This document shows positions 29,900 to 44,039 of a stretch of DNA of 64,000 nucleotides, piece after piece. Every line of letters begins with the position of its first letter. The stretch's first letter is position 1. The stretch spans positions 38,626,001 through 38,690,000 of the forward strand of contig OZ024748.1 in the NCBI GenBank assembly GCA_964016885.1, given 5' to 3'. Below the pieces are notes generated by a model that made no database searches, was not told the DNA's origin, and saw only the letters and a list, made by a program, of their open reading frames with translations. The DNA comes from Eledone cirrhosa (lineage: Eukaryota). The position numbers and the translations under genes were made by a program.

Positions 29900-30018
29900 G
29901 TTTACAATTGTTTCGCTACTCCATATAATATTTCTGGATCAAATGATTATATATCATTATTGATCTGGTTCAGTTTAAAATAATTAACATAGATAAAGAG
30001 AGAGCAGCTCATCGGAAC
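29900..30018 (-). ncRNA. Hammerhead motif with long stem II, family H
   Basis: GTT-CCGATGA-GCTGCTC..~80 nt..GAGTAGC-GAAA-CAATTG-TA-AAC. Mirror copy with CTGATGA at 30274-30594 (+) is interrupted by a SINE. Confidence 0.65.
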
Positions 30019-30336
30019 TTCAAAAGGAATATAAATTAAAATAAGGAAAGAATGTTACATAAATGTAATGTTCCATATATTGGTATTTCACTATGGTGTC
30101 CTGGGTATATCAATTGTCTGCCATAGTCGATCAATATTCTTCTGTCGAGGCTGCATTGTGCTCGAATATGGCAGACAATTGATATACCCAGGACACAATA
30201 GTGAAATACCAATATATGGAACATTACATTTATGTAACATTCTTTCCTTATTTTAATTTATATTCCTTTTGAAGTTCTGATGAGCTCCTCTATCTTTACC
30301 TATGTTAATTATTTTCAACTGAACCAGATCAATAAT

Positions 30337-30520
30337 TGTTTCTACTTTTTGGCACAAGGCCAGCAATTACCCAGTACATTACTGGTACTTTATTTTATCG
30401 ACCCCGTAAGGATGAAAGGCAAAGTGAACCTCGGCGGGATTTGAACTCAGACTGTAAAGGGACGTAACTATGCTGGAAAGCATGACGTCCGACTCTCTAC
30501 CGATACTGCCAATCCATCGC
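30337..30520 (-). mobile_element. tRNA-SINE with an 18-bp TSD
   Basis: CTGAACCAGATCAATAAT at 30319-30336 and 30521-30538. Confidence 0.92.
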
Positions 30521-30607
30521 CTGAACCAGATCAATAATGATATATAATCATTTGATCCAGAAACATTATATGGAGTAGCGAAACAATTGTAAACGGACAT
30601 TATGTAG

Positions 30608-30790
30608 ATTGGCAGTATCGGTAGAGGGTCGGACCCATGCTTTCCAGCATAGTTACGTCCCTTTACAATGTGAGTTCAAATCCCGCCGAGGTTGACTTTG
30701 CCTTTCATCCTTACGGGGTCGATAAAATAAAGTACCAGTAATGCACTGGGTAATTGCTGGCCTTGTGCCTAAAGTAGAAACAATTATTAT
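30608..30790 (+). mobile_element. tRNA-SINE
   Basis: Full A box, B box, core and (ATT)n tail. Confidence 0.9.
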
Positions 30791-31562
30791 TAATATTATT
30801 ATTATTATTATTCTCTACATTCCTGACATCAAACTAAAATATGTTGACAATCTTTTAATAATGTCTTCCTTGTGAAATTTGTGGTCTTGTTTTGCTTAAC
30901 TAATGAATATTTCCAGCTCTGTGCACCTAACCTCTGCATGAACCCAGCCACCTAGCTGCTTTCCACTGCATATTGCACATTGAGCACATGCCTTTACGCT
31001 TTGGCTTCTAACTAATTCACCAATCTCTCCTCTCCTATCTCCTCTCTTATCTCCATCTCTCTCTTTAAGATTGGTTACTCTTGAACTGTGTATATATATA
31101 TATATATATATAGTAATAATAATAAATTTGAAGACTAAAATCCAAAGAGGGCTCGATAAGGATAAATATATATCAAATATATAAGAACCGTAGAGCAAAT
31201 ATTTATTAAAATAACAGATTAATATATATATATATATGATGCCAGCCGAACAACAGAGCTGCGATGGAGTTGTTCTGCATGGTTGTCTAATGTGTGTTTT
31301 CTAAATTTAAGACAGTAGGGAGGGGTGTGATATGGGGGAGAGTTAGCTGCTGTTTCTAGCAGGTTTAGTGACCTAATAGACGATATTATTGTGTATAGTA
31401 AATAAACTGATACTTCTTTCTTCCACGTTCGTTGAGAGATGTTTTTAAAATGATTTATCGCTATTTTTTTTTGTTGTTGAATAAATTTATCTGTTGCTTT
31501 TGAATAATTGTTGTTTCGACTCAAAAACAAATGCTCTCTCTCTCTCTCTCTATCTATCTCTA

Positions 31563-31593
<31 letters not shown>

Positions 31594-31876
31594 CTTCATT
31601 TCTTTCTCTCTTTTTCGGCGTTCCTAAAGGAAGTTTGTAAGTTTAAGCGTATATAAGAGAAAGTTGCAGCATGTATGTAGTTTTATCGAATTTTAAGGCG
31701 AGTAGAGAGAGGAAATCAGATTGTATTAGAAGGATAAAGCGTCACGTATTTAATTTTATCGATTATTTCCATAATTGTGGGTGAGTTTGAAATAAATAAA
31801 TAGTCGTTGAGCTAATTGTGCAAATTTATAAACATGGAACATGCACACACACACAACAACAATCTGCCTTTTATAG

Positions 31877-32062
31877 ATAATTGTTTCTACTTTTGGCAAA
31901 AGGCCAGCAATTATCCAGTGCATTACTGGTATTTTATTTTATCGACCCCGTAAGGATGAAAGGCAAAGTTAACCTCGGCGGGATTTGAACTCAGAATGGC
32001 AAGAACCGTAACTTTATGCGTCAAAGCATGGCGTCCGACCCTCTACCGATACTGCCAATCTA
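31877..32062 (-). mobile_element. tRNA-SINE
   Basis: Full reverse-complement copy. Confidence 0.9.
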
Positions 32063-32094
32063 CCACCCAGATAATGATATATATATATATAGGG

Positions 32095-32285
32095 TGAAGA
32101 TCTCCTTCAGCCAGGTATGACAATGTGATTTGCACCTAGAAAGTTACCCCTCCGAGACGCAAGTCCGAGCAAAGTTGTTTGTGGAAGACCAGCAGTCGCC
32201 CATACACACCAGTCTCATCTCACCAAGCATTGGCCGACACAACTTGGCACCAGTGACGTCGCAACTCATTTCTACAGCTGAATAA
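32095..32285 (-). mobile_element. Fragment of a second (CORE-like) SINE family
   Basis: CTCATTTCTACAGCTGA resembles the reverse CORE domain. Recognised from memory only. Confidence 0.4.
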
Positions 32286-32287
32286 CC

Positions 32288-32330
<43 letters not shown>

Positions 32331-32697
32331 TAAGGTTTGTTGGTTCACCAGTGGATAGAACTGGTCATTCCGTATGGTCAATCCTGGTGTAATATTGTGA
32401 AGAGTACTCAATGCAGTGCAGTTCACCCATCTTCGTTTGTGTAGTTGGTGGTGCGAATACACTACACTTCTTCCTCCCTTTCTTTCTTTCACCCCCTTCT
32501 TCTTTGACGGAGTGGTGGTAGTACATGATAGGCCTGCGCCCCCTTACCAGATGTTCACTGGTAGTTTTTCGGTTGCCAACACTTTGAGGGCGGCTGGCTG
32601 TGAAGTTAGTTGGTCAGCCGCCTTCTCTGTCTCTGGTTTCTCGGACCCATGGTTTTTCGGACCCATGGCTTTTTACATATTCCTTTGTTATGTTCCA

Positions 32698-32755
32698 ATA
32701 CCTGATGATATCACCGGATTCATATGGAACCCGGTCATTGAAATTATCATAGTAT
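32698..32755 (+). ncRNA. Hammerhead motif, family G, within a ~475-bp (TA)n-flanked element (32328-32803)
   Basis: ATAC-CTGATGA-tatcACCGG attcatatggaac CCGGTcatt-GAAA-ttatca-TA-GTAT. Confidence 0.65.
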
Positions 32756-32801
32756 AATAAACCTTTCAAGGATTTACACCAGTCCAGCCTCCTGTTACTT
32801 C

Positions 32802-32865
<64 letters not shown>

Positions 32866-32870
32866 ATGTA

Positions 32871-33005
32871 GTTAGTGACCGACGGCTGAGCTCACGTCGA
32901 AACGGTGTGAACTCAGCCGTCGGTCACTATATACTACTTCGAGTAGTCTTACTAACATGGTCTTACAAATCTAAATTGGTAACTCCCAATCTCTCGCTGT
33001 CTCTC
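32871..33005 (+). mobile_element. Half-hammerhead fold-back element related to family K
   Basis: TAGTGACCGACGGCTGAG..gtcGAAACGG..CTCAGCCGTCGGTCACTA hairpin after (TA)n. Confidence 0.65.
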
Positions 33006-33063
33006 TATATACATGTTTATATATATATATATATATATGTATATGTGTGTGTGTGTATATGTG

Positions 33064-33173
<110 letters not shown>

Positions 33174-33684
33174 TGTGTGTGTGTGTGAATATATTTATAT
33201 ATAGTAAAATAAAGAGATGCTTGGATTGATATAGTTATATATAAATATAATCTATATGTAATTATACACGTACACATATATACATACATGCCGACACACA
33301 CACACACAAACATACGTACACACACACACACATGTAGATTTGTGTTTATCTAAATATAGAGAGATACATTCCAACATACACAAAAACATATGTACACACA
33401 CACGCAGAAACATACGTACACACACACACACAAACATACGTACAGACACACACAAACATACGTATACACACGCACACGGACAAACATATTTACACACACA
33501 AACATTACACACACACGCACACAGACAAACATACTTACACAGACACACAAACATACGTACACACACACTGGAAAGAAGAAGCTTTATTTGTCACGATCAT
33601 TGGGAAATGACAGAGAAAACGTGGGTTTTGACATTTGATTGAAATTGAAAGAATCACACAATTGGAGAGAGGGATGTATATACA

Positions 33685-33775
<91 letters not shown>

Positions 33776-33899
33776 ATAATTATATATAATTATATTTGTA
33801 TACATATATACATATTTATATATATAATTATATTTGTATACATATATACATACATATATAATTATATATGTAAACATATATACATACATATATATATAC

Positions 33900-33995
<96 letters not shown>

Positions 33996-34033
33996 ATATA
34001 TATATTATGTATATATATATGTGTAAATATATG

Positions 34034-34108
<75 letters not shown>

Positions 34109-34111
34109 TTA

Positions 34112-34218
<107 letters not shown>

Positions 34219-34287
34219 TATATACATATATGCATGCATATATATATATATACATAAACATAGATACATATATACATATATACATAT

Positions 34288-34326
<39 letters not shown>

Positions 34327-34609
34327 ATTGTTGACAGTAAAAGTATGAGAAAGCGACTGGGTGGTGATGTTGGTGGTGGTGGAGTGGTAGATGGTTAGCT
34401 AACAATGAAGGCAGAGATATATAAGTGTTCTGGTCTGTTGTGAAAAAAACAAGTCATTTGTGTAGGAGAAGTTATGTGTCACTCCCATTTTAGGAAATAT
34501 TACCACATCTACATCTCTGCTTTATTTTTAGTTTCATTCACGTCCTAGATAATCGCTTATTTACATAACTTGCATTGTTGTAGAAAACAACAACAACAAA
34601 ACCAACAAA

Positions 34610-34880
34610 AAAAAACAACATTCATATAAATAAATCGTAAATAAATAAAGATATGGTGGTGCTCCAGTATGGTCTCAGCCTATCGGCTGGAACACGCAAC
34701 AGTGTAATAGAGTAAATAAATTAATAAATAAAAGCAACAAAACAAAAAAAAATCGTTCATATAAATAAATTATAAAAAAATAAATAATAAATGGTGGTGC
34801 TCCAGTATGGTCTCAGCCTATCTGCTGGAACACGCAACAGTGTAATAGAGTAAATAAATTAATAAATAAAAGCAACAACA
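34610..34880. repeat. ~138-bp tandem duplication (probable SINE 3' end)
   Basis: ATGGTGGTGCTCCAGTATGGTCTCAGCC at 34653 and 34791. Related reverse copy at ~41648-41685. Confidence 0.75.
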
Positions 34881-35358
34881 AAAGTCAAACGCCCTCCTAT
34901 GATTGATTCAGTCGCGGAACCTTGTTTTATGTTCAAGGAAGAGATGAGGAACGCCATTTCATTATTTTTGTACATAATCAGTTCAAATCCCACCAAGGTT
35001 AGCGTTACCTTTCATCCTTACGGTGTCAATAAAATATAGTACCAGTGACGTACTGGGGTCGATTTAAACGCCACCGCGCACCTGCCAGCAGTTCACACTC
35101 TTCCTCCCCCCAAATTGTGGCCTTGTTCCTATATAAGAAACCATTATTTTTGTACATAATTGCTTTCATTGATGTTTAGAAACTATAAAGGCGCGTGTCA
35201 AGGAAATTTGGCAGTTGGATTCACAATGGTAATGTTGTGGGTTCGATTCCTACATCAGTAGTATTCGATTGATTAACAAAACCTTGTTCGTCAATAAACA
35301 TAATTACTAACACACAAAAACGTGTTGTCTTATTCAATCTATCTATCTATTTCTCCAC

Positions 35359-35408
<50 letters not shown>

Positions 35409-35412
35409 CTCC

Positions 35413-35757
35413 GGATGGAGAGAGAGGTGCTGTACCCCAGCAAGTTTTATGAAAGTTGGGTGAAAGTGGCGAGAATGGCCCCAGTGAATGGGCCTTCTCT
35501 CTATATCAGCCTGAAGGTTGAGGAAAAAGAGGAAGAGAGGAAAGGGGTACAAACTTTTCGTACTCCTGGAGATGAGGCTTGCACGTTTTTTCGGGGGTAT
35601 GTGTTACCCTTATGTAATGTCTCCCCCTATTGGGGAAAATCGGTTAACTTTTAAATTGTATTTGTGATAATATTTTACACGTTTTTATTGAATGTAAACT
35701 TCCCCCTTTGTATTTGTCCCCTTCTTTTGTGCCCCTCTGGCTAATAAAGAAACATAT
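35413..35757 (+). mobile_element. Tx1 3'-end fragment
   Basis: RMEREVLYPSKFYESWVKVARM matches the ORF2 C-terminus. Preceded by (TATC)n. Ends AATAAAGAAACATAT-CTGTCTGTC. Confidence 0.92.
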
Positions 35758-35901
35758 CTGTCTGTCTGTCATGCTCTCTCTCTATAATATATAATATATA
35801 TATATATTAATATAGAAATGGTTTCTACAGGACTAGAACTGTTTCGTTCGAAGGAAATCATCAGGAATTCGTCAGGTTACGCCCGATTGAACCCCCAGGA
35901 T

Positions 35902-35963
<62 letters not shown>

Positions 35964-36006
35964 TCATCTGACTATCTCTGCCTATATTAATCTTTCTTTT
36001 TCTTCC

Positions 36007-36095
<89 letters not shown>

Positions 36096-36172
36096 AACTT
36101 TTTGCATCTCATAATAGCTAGCAACCAATCTATCGAACAGTTCATCTATCAGTCTACACACACACACACACA

Positions 36173-36213
<41 letters not shown>

Positions 36214-36954
36214 CACCCTCTCTCCTCCAGTTCAATAAGTAAAATCTTTTCTCTGGTCAGTGACTTGTCTCTTTGATTCCTCCTAAATAAAGTGATGGCT
36301 GTCTGCCTTAAAACACAGTAACTACATGTATATATTATTGAATCTCATCGTGTGGCAGGTCATGTGTATGATGGGATCAAGATATTAGTTTGACCTGGTT
36401 TCACCGTTTAACCACTTCACCTTCCATATTGCAAAGTGTGAAGAGCAAGATTAGCTTTGCAATATAAAAAACAAAATGGCTGCCGTATGGATATTTCTCC
36501 GTAGAGTTCAACTTCACCATTTTGCACTAAACGAAATCGATGATGGGATTGGAATTCGCTGACCTGTCAATATACGGGTCGAAATATTTGCTAATACTGT
36601 GTGTCAAGTAGGTGAGCTATATAATAAGATTGAGCAAGGATAATATAGTGATAGAGTTAGTATTGCTGTATTGAATTTAACTGTTGTATTATCTGAAGTA
36701 CGTGATGGGATTACAAGAGGTTGGTGCAGCAGAAAATCTAGCGAGTCACAGATTTTCAGGACGAGAGGATAATTAACATCATCAAAATTTCATTTGATTC
36801 GTATCGTTTCTCAATGGAACTTCCATTTATATTCCACTCAAAAGCTTCAAATTGGATTAGATCCTCTGTTAAAATCTCTGATAATGTATATTTAGTGCTA
36901 CGCCAAAAAGAATAAAAAACTTCCATTTATTTATCTATCTGCCAAACAATCTCT

Positions 36955-37026
<72 letters not shown>

Positions 37027-37115
37027 GCAGTTATGTAACATGTACATACAAACAAACATACATATATATATATAGTTATGTAACACATACATAAATACAT
37101 ACATATACATACATA

Positions 37116-37207
<92 letters not shown>

Positions 37208-37330
37208 TAGAGAGAGAGATGCATACACCGTACGAAAATCGGATACGGGAAGTTTCTGCTTCCAATGAATTGGAAACCATTCTATTTCTCGTGTCAATTA
37301 CTTTCTGTCTCGTGCTGAAACCCACGTATA

Positions 37331-37423
<93 letters not shown>

Positions 37424-37767
37424 CTCTCTCTCTCTTTATATATATATATACAGACATATATATATATATACATATACATACATAGATGCACACATACACA
37501 TATCCAACTATATATATAGGTATATATCTGTATGTATGTTTAAACCTATTTACATACATATATACATATATTTCTGTATGTATGTATATATGTATATATG
37601 TATGTGTATATGTATGTATATATGTATGTATATATGTATGTGTATATGTTGGTATGTAGGTCAGTGAAACAGGAAGTAAACCTTAATATTAATACAGATA
37701 TCTGAAAGACGTTCAAAAGTTACATAAACTATTTAATAATGATGACGAATGCCAATAATATATTTAA

Positions 37768-38185
37768 CTAGCAGTGGTACCCAGCGTTGCACGGGATAAG
37801 GTATTTTGGAACGCGGGCCGCTCAAAAAACTCCTAAAAAGCTGAAAAAATGAAGTTTTTCATCTAATGCAGGCCCTAGGCCATAAAAAAGTTGGATTTTC
37901 TTTGCTCACGGTATGAAGAAGAGACTGACTAATACATAGTTACAATTTCAAGGAAATCAGTATGATGTAACGCCTCAAATAAACCCTTAAAAAGCTGAAA
38001 AAACGCAGTTTTTCACCTAATGCGGGCCCTAGGGATGAAAAAGTAGAATTTTTTATGTGCATAACACTCCCTGAAACATAAGTAATGCACATGTAAAGTT
38101 TGAAAACAGTCGATTGAGTACTACTCGAGTTTTAGGGATTCAAACTCACAGACACACACACACACATACCGACATCCTCAATTAA
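37768..38185 (-). mobile_element. Non-autonomous Helitron
   Basis: Minus strand ends CCCGTGCAACGCTGGG-taccactg-CTAG|T (hairpin plus CTAG). Internal ~155-bp duplication. Confidence 0.7.
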
Positions 38186-38239
38186 TTGGTGAAATATATT
38201 TCTTTAATGGAATATATACGAGGAAAATTAATCAACTTA

Positions 38240-38488
38240 TAAGGTATCTATTTTTGAAGTTCTAGTTAAACTTTATTTAGTTACCTACCTAGCTATGCGT
38301 GCTTACACACTTTTACAAATTATCCCATGTGATAGTTTCATATGTCTATTTATATGTCAATCAATTTCTAGTTGATATAAAATGCTCGGATCTACTCATT
38401 AGAATCTTGGAGCATATTTTACGGGTGATATGGCGCATGTCTATCTGGCATGACACCCTTAATTTAATTTGATTTAATTCAATTAATC

Positions 38489-38497
<9 letters not shown>
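38240..38497. repeat. (TA)n-associated element; related copy forms the 42173-42583 fold-back
   Basis: Shared TCTAGTTAAACTTT..GTTACCTACCTAG..GTCAATCAATTTC..GATATAAAATGCTCGGAT. Confidence 0.8.
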
Positions 38498-38528
<31 letters not shown>

Positions 38529-38531
<3 letters not shown>

Positions 38532-38737
38532 AACGAGTAGGACCCCGACGGCTGAGCTCAAGTCGTTTCGACGGCTAATTCTGGACTAAAAAATTTTAGT
38601 CCAGAATTAGCCATCGAAACGGCTTGAGCTCAGCCGTCGGGGTGCTACTCGTTCCTATTACCCACTCTACTACCCTAAGTATTGAGTACTTTGGTGCGTT
38701 ATGGTCCATCTGGTTCCTTACCACATCTCCTTCGTTA
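38529..38737 (+). mobile_element. Half-hammerhead element, family K, with hairpin
   Basis: Palindrome centred on GGACTAAAAAATTTTAGTCC. Confidence 0.85.
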
Positions 38738-38745
38738 TATATATA

Positions 38746-39819
<1,074 letters not shown>

Positions 39820-39821
<2 letters not shown>

Positions 39822-40020
39822 CAAAGGAATTGTGGTAAGGAACCAAATGGACCATAACGCACCAGAGTACTCAATACTTAGGGTAGTAGAGTGGGAAATA
39901 GGAAAAAGTATGACCCCGACGGCAGAGCTCAAGCCGTTAAGCCGTTTCGACGGCTATTTCTGGACTGAAATAGCCGTCGAAACGGCTTGAGCTCTGCCGT
40001 TGGGGTCATACTTTTTCCTA
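39820..40020 (-). mobile_element. Half-hammerhead element, family K, with hairpin
   Basis: Same body. Inverted piece at 39968-40020. Confidence 0.85.
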
Positions 40021-40898
40021 TATATATATATATAGGCGTTGATCTTTGCCACCCGTCCCGTTATCTATCTATCTATCTGTATACAGGTGTATGTGTGTGA
40101 GTACAGATGTGTGTGACTACAGATGTGTGTGACTACATATGTGTGTGAGTACAGATGTGTGTGAGTACAGATGTATGTTTGCACATGGAAACATCACTTA
40201 AACAAGTGAATATATAGTCACACATACGTATAGACACAAACACACATATGCTTGTAATATACTTGTGGAAGGAGAGGTGAGTGTATGTAGTCGTGTGTGG
40301 ATATAGATACACACACACACATATATATATATACATGTATATATATATATATATATATACATATACATACATATATATATACATACATATGTACATACAT
40401 ATATATATATACATATACATATACATATATATATACACATGCATAGATATATATATACATACATATACATATATACATGCATACATATATATATATATAC
40501 ATACATATATATATACATATACATATATATATACATGCATAGATATATATATACATACATATATATGTATATACAAACGCATACACACACACACACACAT
40601 ACATATATAAATATATACATACATATATATATACATATACATATATATATACATGCATAGATATATATACATACATATATATGTATATACAAACGCATAC
40701 ACACACACACACACATACATATATATATATACATGTACATATATATATACATATACATACATATATATATACATACATATCTACATAGATATGTATATAT
40801 ATATATATATATATACACAGATGCATAAATAGATATATACATATACATATATACATGCATACATATATATATATATATATACATACATATATACATAT

Positions 40899-40968
<70 letters not shown>

Positions 40969-41010
40969 GTGTATGTATGTATGTATGTATATATATGTGT
41001 GTGTGTGTGT

Positions 41011-41047
<37 letters not shown>

Positions 41048-41120
41048 GTGTACGTATGTATATATATATATATATATATATATACGTGTACGTATGTATA
41101 TATATATACGTGTATGTATG

Positions 41121-41159
<39 letters not shown>

Positions 41160-41370
41160 GTGTATGTATGCATGTGTATATATATATATATATATATCTG
41201 TATGTGTGAGGGTGTGGACGTGTGTATGGGGGAGGGATGTAGGATGAGAATGTACTGCCAGCAGTTCCCACCTTTCCCTCGACCGAGAACTCTCGTGCCT
41301 CTCACATAAAATAAACATACATTTAGTTATATGTAATAACCTCCAGCTGTTTGGCTGGAACAATGCTTAC

Positions 41371-41561
41371 TCCTCGCCATCGCTCCACCGTGGTAAAGCT
41401 GTCCTCCTTGCTTTGTTTATTTATGAGGCCACCTGGTCCAGTGGTTAGGGTTTGGGACTGACATTCATAAGTTCCCGTGTCCGATTCCTGGAGCAGTCGG
41501 AACGTTGTGGCCTTCAGCAAGATACTTGATTCACTTTTCTCCTTAAGCCAGAAAGTACAGT
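41371..41561 (-). CDS. Possible host-gene exon encoding the C-terminal half of an Ig-like domain
   Basis: ttatttacag acceptor, open frame with ESDTGTYECQ (D-x-G-x-Y-x-C), GTAAGC donor. Unique, GC-richer sequence. Confidence 0.5.
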
Positions 41562-42004
41562 CTGTAAATAATATCAGTACTGGAAACATCCGGGCAAATA
41601 TTGTTTCTTTTATTTTGTCAGATTTTTATTGTGTGTTCTAGTAAGTCTTCCAGCCGATGGGCTGAGGCCATGCTGGGGCACCACTATTATACTGGAGTAC
41701 AACAATTTATTTTCTTCTGAAATTCTTTCTTCTTTTTCCTGGTTTCAGTCATTATATATGGCGACAAGATTTCACAGCTTTAGCATCACTCCTTGATAGC
41801 CAGCCTATGAACCGTTAAGTCTACCCTCGTATATAGCGGCATTATATATAGAGAGAAGTACTCTAGTATTGTTGTGTTTATATTGGAGTACTTCTGTACG
41901 TACACTGACAACAACCACCCCACGTCCTGATTTATGTGTGTGTGTGTGATCGTATATACACGCACAATCACACACACACACACACACACGCGCGCACACA
42001 CACG

Positions 42005-42092
<88 letters not shown>

Positions 42093-42172
42093 TGTGTGTG
42101 TGTACATACACATGTATATACATACACATGTGCGCCTCTGTGTGTGTATATATGTATGTGTTATATATATAT

Positions 42173-42580
42173 ATATCAACTAGAAATTGATTGACATATA
42201 TATATATTTAAAATAAACTCATGAAACAATCACAGGGGATAATTTGTAAAGTGTGTAATCACTCACAGCTAGGTAGGTAACTAATTAAAGTTTAACTAGA
42301 GCTTCAAATATTACCTTTTAATCATTTTTAAAAAGGTAATATTTGAAGCTCTAGTTAAACTTTAATTAGTTACCTACCTAGTTATGTGTGATTACACACT
42401 TTACAAATTATCCCCTGTGATTGTTTCATGTGTTCGTTTTAAATATATATATATGTCAATCAATTTCTTGTTGATATAAAATGCTCGGATGTATTCATTG
42501 GAATCTTTGAGCTTATTCTACAGTGTATATGCGCATGTCTCAGACATGACTCCTTTAATTTAATTTAATTAAATGTATTT

Positions 42581-42583
<3 letters not shown>
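42173..42583. mobile_element. Fold-back element (~147-bp arms, 11-bp spacer) in (TA)n
   Basis: Arms 42173-42319 and 42331-42477. Confidence 0.85.
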
Positions 42584-42617
<34 letters not shown>

Positions 42618-42902
42618 GTGGGGGGCTTAGTAAAATCGAAGCTTTGGCTGTGGGCAAGCAAAGTCGACCTACAATATGAATGAGTTGGCAAAGCACTCGA
42701 TAAGGGTAGGTCCTTAGAGTTACAACATACGTTTAAATAGCTTGACAAATTGAACATTGTGGTAGGCAGAACCTAACACACAATACCAGAGCAACGAAAA
42801 AACTAACAGGTTAAAAATATATATATATATATTAATTTTTATATATATATATATATATATAAAATAAATAAGTCAAATGTTTAAAATTTAGCTTCCTTTA
42901 TT

Positions 42903-42957
42903 ACTGCTATATATATTTCGGTGATAGCCATCTTTGGCTGTGACCTCTTCAGGGAGT
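42903..42957 (-). ncRNA. Hammerhead motif, family F, inside 34-bp inverted repeats (42862-42895 / 43075-43108)
   Basis: ACTCC-CTGAAGA-GGTcacAGCCA aaga TGGCTatcACC-GAAA-tatata-TA-GCAGT. Confidence 0.7.
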
Positions 42958-43216
42958 CCGAATTAGTGGGGTATAGACAAGTACATATGTTGTTGAGGTG
43001 TATAACCTTGTCAATACTCTGATATGCCCAGTTCCTTGTTGGGTTGTTGTTTCACTGAGGAACTGGAATCAAACGAAGCTAAATTTTAAACATTTGACTT
43101 ATTTATTTTATTTTATTTTATTTTACATTACTCCGAAGTAACTAAACCAACCTGCGCACTTCGTCGAGTGCTCCAATCTGCATATTGAGGTGTTGTTATA
43201 CAACCAACATATACTC

Positions 43217-43316
<100 letters not shown>

Positions 43317-43523
43317 CACATCCTTATACCTCGCAGCTCGCAGCTGTATTAACATTTTCTTCATTAACGTATTAAAACCGTTGCACTGACGAGAATCCTG
43401 ATTTCCTCCAACCTAAGAATATGGTGTTTCACTGTATTGGAGGTTTCTCCAATAAGATAAACTAGCTGTCTAATTTTACATCTCTGTGGATATAGCATGG
43501 CTGAACGGTAAAGAAAGGTGGCC

Positions 43524-43668
43524 AATTGGCAGAGTCGTTAGAACGTCGGATAGAATGCCTTGTGCTATTCGTTCCGGCTCTCTGATCTCTGAGTTCATAT
43601 CCCGTGGAGGTCAACTTTGCTTTTCAGTCATACGAGGTTGAAAAAAAAGTACCAGTCAAGTACTGGGG
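43524..43668 (+). mobile_element. Diverged tRNA-SINE
   Basis: Degenerate A box, B box and core. Confidence 0.7.
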
Positions 43669-44039
43669 TTTGTTCTTCCTCTATATCTCTTTCTTGCTTT
43701 CATTCTCTCCCTTTCTCTCTCACTCTCTCTATCCTTCTCTGGAATAAATCTGCTGTATTCAGACATTGGAGAGGGGGAGATGGGTTCTGCTAGGTTTAAA
43801 AGTTGCCCTAGAAACGCCGTATGTGATTATGACAGGTCCCACCCCACCATTCCTCAGGAGTCAACGGATTAAAGAGAAAGAGAAGGATTACGAAGCTAGC
43901 CATGTGAACATTGAGTGCCGGGTTCGATTCCCCCGTGAAGCATTTGAGGCAAATGTCATTTCCCATGTCTTGGAGTTAACCCATCACCTGTGAGTGACAT
44001 TGGGTGGATTGAAATTGTTTGGAAGCCTCTTGGATAAGC

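Larger units (their letters stand above)
29769..30909. mobile_element. Fold-back element, family H (~365-bp arms, ~20-bp spacer), with two SINEs in the right arm
   Basis: Left arm 29769-30135 is the reverse complement of 30155-30909 once the SINEs are removed. Confidence 0.88.

Noticed and set aside
30036-30256. Near-identical ORFs on both strands (also 57669/58543)
   Set aside because: Artefact of the inverted repeats. No coding signature.
31219-31599. Possible old PLE RT N-terminal remnant (also weak traces at 59700-60560)
   Set aside because: Similarity too weak to support by eye.
35828-35872. CTGATGA..GAAAC on the minus strand
   Set aside because: Weak stem II and no stem I partner.
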